Source of the DNA: Malacoraja senta
Taxonomy: Eukaryota
Direction of reading: 5' to 3'
Length of the DNA stretch: 63,967 nucleotides
Assembly: GCA_038087875.1 (NCBI GenBank)
Contig: CM075997.1
Span: 186,034-250,000, forward strand
The position numbers were made by a program, and so were the translations under genes. The notes under the pieces were generated by a model, which had not been told where the DNA came from, did not search any database, and saw only the letters and a program-made list of their open reading frames with translations. Shown here piece by piece: positions 60,901 through 63,967 of the stretch; the first letter of the stretch is position 1, and each line of letters begins with the position of its first letter.

Positions 60901-63705
60901 ACTGTTTCCTTGTAGGTTTTAAAGAGCATACGGACCCATCTCCAAAGTTGTATTATTGGTCATTTATTCTATTCTTTTTTATCGGTTTTTTTCTCCTCTC
61001 TTCCTTTCTATAAAAATACAAAAACAAATAGAAGCAGTGATAATATGCAATTGATAAATGAGGACCTCAGCTATTTTGATAGCTGGAATCCCACCTACTA
61101 ACAATATGTAATTGATAAACAAAATGTGTTTTGATTATGATATGTATATGCTTCTAATAAAAATATTATTAATTTTAAAAAAAAGAGCATTGGTGAAAAG
61201 GGAGCGAAAAAAGTGTAAAAGCTAATCCGTGACTGGGGATGGTCAAGATTATAAATGATCTCCTTACTTCTATTTTCTTTTCTTCTCTTCTCTTCTTTTA
61301 TTCTCTTTCTTCTATTTTCTGTCTCAACTTTATTTTTTCACTCTTTATTTTTCTTTTTCACACACTATATATCTCACATTTTTCTATTTTTCATTATCTA
61401 ACTTTTTTCTTTTTCTTCTTTATTACAAAATTTTTTTTAAATAAGAAGCTGTACATAAAAGGTATAATGAAAATATGATTGTATACAATTGTACTTCTAA
61501 TAAAATTAAAATATTTAAAAAAAAAAAAAAAAAAAAAAAAAGAGGGAGCGAAAAATACTTGAGGGTAGATAACGTGATTCCGAAGACATGTCACTGGCCT
61601 CATTAGTCAGAGCATTGAATACAATAGCAGGAAAGTTATGCACCAACTTTATATAACTTTCGTTTAAGGGCCTGTCCCACTTACGAGATTTTTTTTCGGC
61701 GTCTTGCCGTCACCCGTCACAGTCTCAGCAGGTGGCCGAAAATTTTCAACATGTTGAAAATCCAGCGGCGACCAAAAAAACGGTACGTCTGCTTGGGCGA
61801 CTACTCGCGGCCGTACAGGCGTCACCCTGTGACCGTGGGCCCTTTAGGTTTCAACTGCAGTAAGGTGTGGACAATGGAAAGGATGTGATGGGCATGAGAG
61901 GTACAGAGAAGATTTACCAGGAGGTTGCTGATGGAGCATTTTATTTGTGAAGAGAGACTGGAGAAGCTGAGTCTCTTCTCCCTGGAGCGGAGGAGGTTAA
62001 CATGGGACATGATGAGGGGTAGAGATAAGGCAGATCGCAGGAATTTTTCCCCACATCAGAGGTAGACAAAACAAGAGGACATGGAATAAAATCAACTTTG
62101 CTTTCAACTTTAGAGATAAATGTGTAGAAACAGGCCCTTTGGCCCACTGAGTCTAGGGTGACCTGTGATCACCCCGTACACTAACATTATCCTAGGTAGA
62201 CAAAAGTGCTGGAGAAACTCAGCGGGTGCAGCAGCATCTATGGAGCGAAGGAAATAGGCAACGTTTCGGGCCGAAAACCTGTAGGAAATAGGCAACGTTT
62301 CGGGCCGAAAACCTGCAGGAAATAGGCAACGTTTTGGGCCGAAAACCTGTAGCAAATAGGCAACGTTTCGGGCCGAAACCCGGAAGAGTTTCGGCCCGAA
62401 ACGTTGCCTATTTCCTTCGCTCCATAGATGCTGCTGCACCCGCTGACTTTCTCCAGCACTTTTGTCTACCTTCGATTTTCCAGCATCTGCAGTTCCTTCT
62501 TAAACACTAACATTATCCTACACACTCGGGACAATTTTCAATTTTACCGATGCCAATTAACCTGCAAACCTGCACGTCTTTGGAGTGTGGGAGGAAACTG
62601 GAGCACCTGGAGAAAACCCACAGAGTCACAGGGAGAACGTACAAACTCCTTACAGAGAGCACCCATAGTCAGGATCGAACCTGGCTCTCTAACAATTAAT
62701 TTTGCTCACTAAGAGGCAGTAGTCAGATAGTCTCTCAGTTAAGGGTGAATATAGTTCAGGACACTGGTTGAACTTCCCCTACTCTTTAAAACAACAGTGA
62801 TGTCTAGCTGAGAGGACAAAAAAGCCTTAGTGTAATGTCACATTGGAAAGTTTGCTCTCAAACCTGTGGAGCGGGACTTTCCAGCTCAAACTGAGACACT
62901 GATCGAGAGGGAATAAAAAGAAGGGATAAGGAGATAGGTTTAAAGAACATCAACATTAATGCAAGAGCCATTTTAAATAGAATATTCTCTTGTAATCTGA
63001 ACCATAAAGTTAAAGAAGGGTTCAAATGGGGATCTATCAGGAGGAAATGCATATCTGTGATGAGGAAGCAGGCAATTGATGTTTCAAATGTGATCCTGAT
63101 CAGAACAGAGTTGTATATTTATCTGTTTTAAAGTCTAATATCCCTGCCCCACGGTACGATTTCATTCCAAGAGCTCTCCCGAGTTAAAAAAAAATCAAAC
63201 TCGTGGTAAGCACGGAGAATGAACGTAGCGGGTACGTCGGAGCTCGGGGACGTCTCTTAGCGCTAACGGCAGGTATTCGGGAAGACTCGCTAACGGCAAG
63301 TAAGCACGGGAAGACTCGTGAAGATTTTTCATCATGATGAAAAATGTCCACGAGAGCTCCGAGTACCGACGAGCGGCCATTACCGTAAATCTCCGAGTTC
63401 GAATCGGGGCAAACTCGGGAGAACTCTTGGAATTAACTCGTACTGTGGGACAGGGGTTTAAGGTAGTCTGATTATTTGCTCATACCATGTTGGATATTTT
63501 GGTTTCCCCAATGGGGGATTTGTTGGTGGGCACATTCTGATCTATCCACATCTTTCTGAAGGAGCAGCAGAGGTTCATTCTCCCGTCAGCGACTCTCTAA
63601 TGGCATCAGGGCTTCAGGCTTCACTTGGTTTGAGTCCTTCGCTCTTTTCATCTCCGGCGCGACATGTCCAACTTCTGCAAGATGGAAAGGAGAATCTGAC
63701 GCAAG
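33916..63705 (+). CDS. MEIOSIN: MEIOSIN/BHMG1 orthologue (meiosis initiator, bHLH + HMG), 3'-incomplete; join(33916..33966,34665..34795,39174..39264 [or duplicate 44099..44189],49126..49231,51244..51402,52513..52758,54781..54895,56175..56269,63562..63705)
   Basis: Nine exons with AG/GT boundaries and compatible phases (0,2,0,1,1,1,2,1,1) give 1138 nt of open frame. Motifs resemble human MEIOSIN (recalled) in the same order: [32 protein letters not shown] (human LQELALLLP..KKLTKKEILVHVLQYIQYLQRNI), [43 protein letters not shown]. Confidence 0.9.
34665..34795 (+). CDS. MEIOSIN: MEIOSIN exon (DWSFEQ...[13 protein letters not shown], basic region)
   Basis: ttgctgcag|GAT acceptor, AAG|gtaaa donor, 131 nt open; phase 2 fits the 39174 acceptor; end resembles human NKLLSPNKKQR. 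Confidence 0.75.
35156..36179 (+). mobile_element. Penelope-like element 3' fragment (RT thumb + Cys linker + GIY-YIG endonuclease + pLTR)
   Basis: [43 protein letters not shown]; frameshifted; TSD TCCATATATTA 35145-35155 / 36180-36190. Confidence 0.9.
38711..39077. repeat. Compound (TCTCTG)n/(TCTCTCTCTGTG)n microsatellite (shorter version at about 43702-44001)
   Basis: Directly visible. Confidence 0.97.
39174..39264 (+). CDS. MEIOSIN: MEIOSIN bHLH helix-1/loop exon, copy 1 ([30 protein letters not shown])
   Basis: tctctccccag|G acceptor, AAG|gtacag donor, bHLH helix-1 pattern. Confidence 0.88.
39614..39932. mobile_element. Fold-back Penelope-derived insertion (repeated at about 44542-44860 in the duplication)
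   Basis: TSD TGCACTGAAT 39604-39613 / 39933-39942. Confidence 0.85.
40734..41066. mobile_element. PIF/Harbinger-type MITE (duplicate at 45662-45994)
   Basis: TIR AGCCCTGTCCCACGGTACG; TSD TAA. Confidence 0.8.
44099..44189 (+). CDS. MEIOSIN: MEIOSIN bHLH helix-1/loop exon, duplicate copy 2
   Basis: Same sequence as 39174-39264, inside the gap-flanking duplication. Confidence 0.85.
49126..49231 (+). CDS. MEIOSIN: MEIOSIN bHLH helix-2 exon ([35 protein letters not shown])
   Basis: cttctcttttacag|AAG acceptor, G|gtaagg donor; K-x-x-L...YI-x-x-L helix-2 signature. Confidence 0.92.
49954..51054 (-). mobile_element. Two adjacent CR1 LINE 3' fragments (junction at about 50398)
   Basis: ORFs 50083-50400 and 50478-50978 carry CR1 ORF2 C-terminal motifs; each has its own 3' UTR/tail. 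Confidence 0.9.
51244..51402 (+). CDS. MEIOSIN: MEIOSIN exon with basic NLS-like motif ([23 protein letters not shown])
   Basis: ttttctctgacag|AA acceptor, AG|gtgtgt donor, 159 nt, phase 1-1. Confidence 0.88.
52513..52758 (+). CDS. MEIOSIN: MEIOSIN exon ([15 protein letters not shown]...LTLLEAADS...DNL)
   Basis: cactgcag|AA acceptor, G|gtaact donor, 246 nt, phase 1-1; overlaps ORF 52524-52781. Confidence 0.82.
53788..54550 (+). mobile_element. Penelope-like element 3' fragment (GIY-YIG) with hammerhead-containing pLTR
   Basis: ORF 53859-54356 [45 protein letters not shown] at 54458-54485. Confidence 0.9.
54781..54895 (+). CDS. MEIOSIN: MEIOSIN exon ([12 protein letters not shown]...PASPPYP)
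   Basis: tgtacag|GG acceptor, AAG|gtaaca donor; 115 nt bridges phase 1 to phase 2 as the flanking exons require. Confidence 0.72.
55590..56030 (+). mobile_element. Degenerate CR1 (HER1-like) 3' fragment
   Basis: [20 protein letters not shown]; tail shared with the SINEs. Confidence 0.75.
56175..56269 (+). CDS. MEIOSIN: MEIOSIN exon ([31 protein letters not shown])
   Basis: ttttcttgcag|T acceptor, G|gtgtgg donor; resembles human QKLVFYDSSED...DPWLP. Confidence 0.88.
56796..57113 (+). mobile_element. tRNA-derived V-SINE (HE1-like), full length
   Basis: Same architecture as 18424; further copies at about 4530, 13176, 15340(-), 24800(-), 32475, 37520, 42510, 51515 and 62110(-). Confidence 0.85.
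58410..58968 (-). mobile_element. Rex1/Babar-like LINE 3' fragment
   Basis: [44 protein letters not shown]. Confidence 0.75.
59960..60329. repeat. Perfect 15-bp minisatellite (CACCCCTGCCATGGA), about 24.7 copies
   Basis: Directly visible; no variant units seen. Confidence 0.97.
60594..60647 (+). ncRNA. Minimal HDV-like (CPEB3-type) self-cleaving ribozyme
   Basis: P1 GGGGUGG/CCGCCCU, P2 GAUUGCA/UGCGAUC, P3 ACC/GGU, L3 UUCACGU, GU after P1, putative catalytic C60637 followed by GAA. Confidence 0.8.
60594..60735 (+). mobile_element. Short non-autonomous retroposon headed by an intact-looking HDV/CPEB3-like ribozyme (copy 2)
   Basis: Flanking direct repeat GGTACCAA 60585-60592 / 60736-60743; ribozyme fold 60594-60647; 11-bp stem 60652-60662/60707-60717; AAG-rich tail. 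Confidence 0.85.
60930..61542 (+). mobile_element. Two adjacent poly(A)-tailed L1-like 3' end insertions
   Basis: Both end in CTTCTAATAAAA..poly(A); TSDs AAAGAGCAT (60921-60929 / 61182-61190) and AGGGAGCGAAAAA (61199-61211 / 61543-61555). Confidence 0.6.
62195..62503. mobile_element. Fold-back Penelope-derived insertion nested in a minus-strand V-SINE
   Basis: Direct repeat ACACTAACATTATCCTA 62178-62194 / 62504-62520; internal tandem units. Confidence 0.85.
63139..63458. mobile_element. PIF/Harbinger-type MITE, same family as 40734
   Basis: Collinear with 40734-41066; TSD TAA. Confidence 0.8.
63562..63705 (+). CDS. MEIOSIN: MEIOSIN exon (…[27 protein letters not shown])
   Basis: [11 protein letters not shown] matches the recalled human motif; donor AAG|gtaat at 63706; exact start ambiguous among tandem in-frame AGs. 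Confidence 0.88.
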
Positions 63706-63967
63706 GTAATAGCGCTTAGTTGCTGGAATAAAACCAAAAGATGCTGGAAACATTCAGCAGGTCAGACAGCTCATTTGGGAAGAGAATCAAGTCATGCTTC
63801 ATGTCAGGGGCCCTTTCATCATACCTTTATTTCAGATTTCCAGCATCTACCCATTTTTAATTTTCACTTGGATGCTTGGGCTTGTAAGACTTTACGCCCC
63901 CATCTCCCAACTAGTCCCCTCTTTGGTCACATCAGTTGCTTTGCAGATGCAAGCGACAATAGCTATC

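Overview
Eukaryotic, repeat-dense genomic DNA, inferred from its V-SINE/CR1/Penelope content to come from a cartilaginous fish (skate/ray-like). The only protein-coding gene I can support is a + strand MEIOSIN (BHMG1) orthologue. Nine GT-AG coding exons between 33916 and 63705 join in frame (about 379 codons, including the bHLH); the C-terminal HMG box lies beyond the window. Upstream are a putative meiotic promoter (about 31.1-31.4 kb: E2F sites, E-box, DR5 RARE-like element) and a divergent CpG-island promoter (29.2-29.6 kb; FBXO46 by human synteny, unproven), separated by a 1.3-kb G-rich minisatellite. A 200-N gap is flanked by a ~4.8-kb near-identical duplication that includes the bHLH helix-1 exon and is most likely an assembly artefact. 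The rest is transposon debris: CR1, Rex1-like, L2, RTE and L1-like LINE ends, V-SINEs, Penelope-like elements with minimal hammerhead motifs, and Harbinger, hAT and 6-bp-TSD MITEs. The most striking find is a ~140-bp retroposon in two copies (21062-21195, 60594-60735). It consists of a minimal CPEB3/HDV-like ribozyme starting at the insertion boundary, a 3' stem-loop and an (AAG)n tail, and shares its core with the 5' end of an internally deleted RTE LINE in the same window. All homology calls are from memory of the families; no database search was run, and repeat boundaries without TSDs are approximate.
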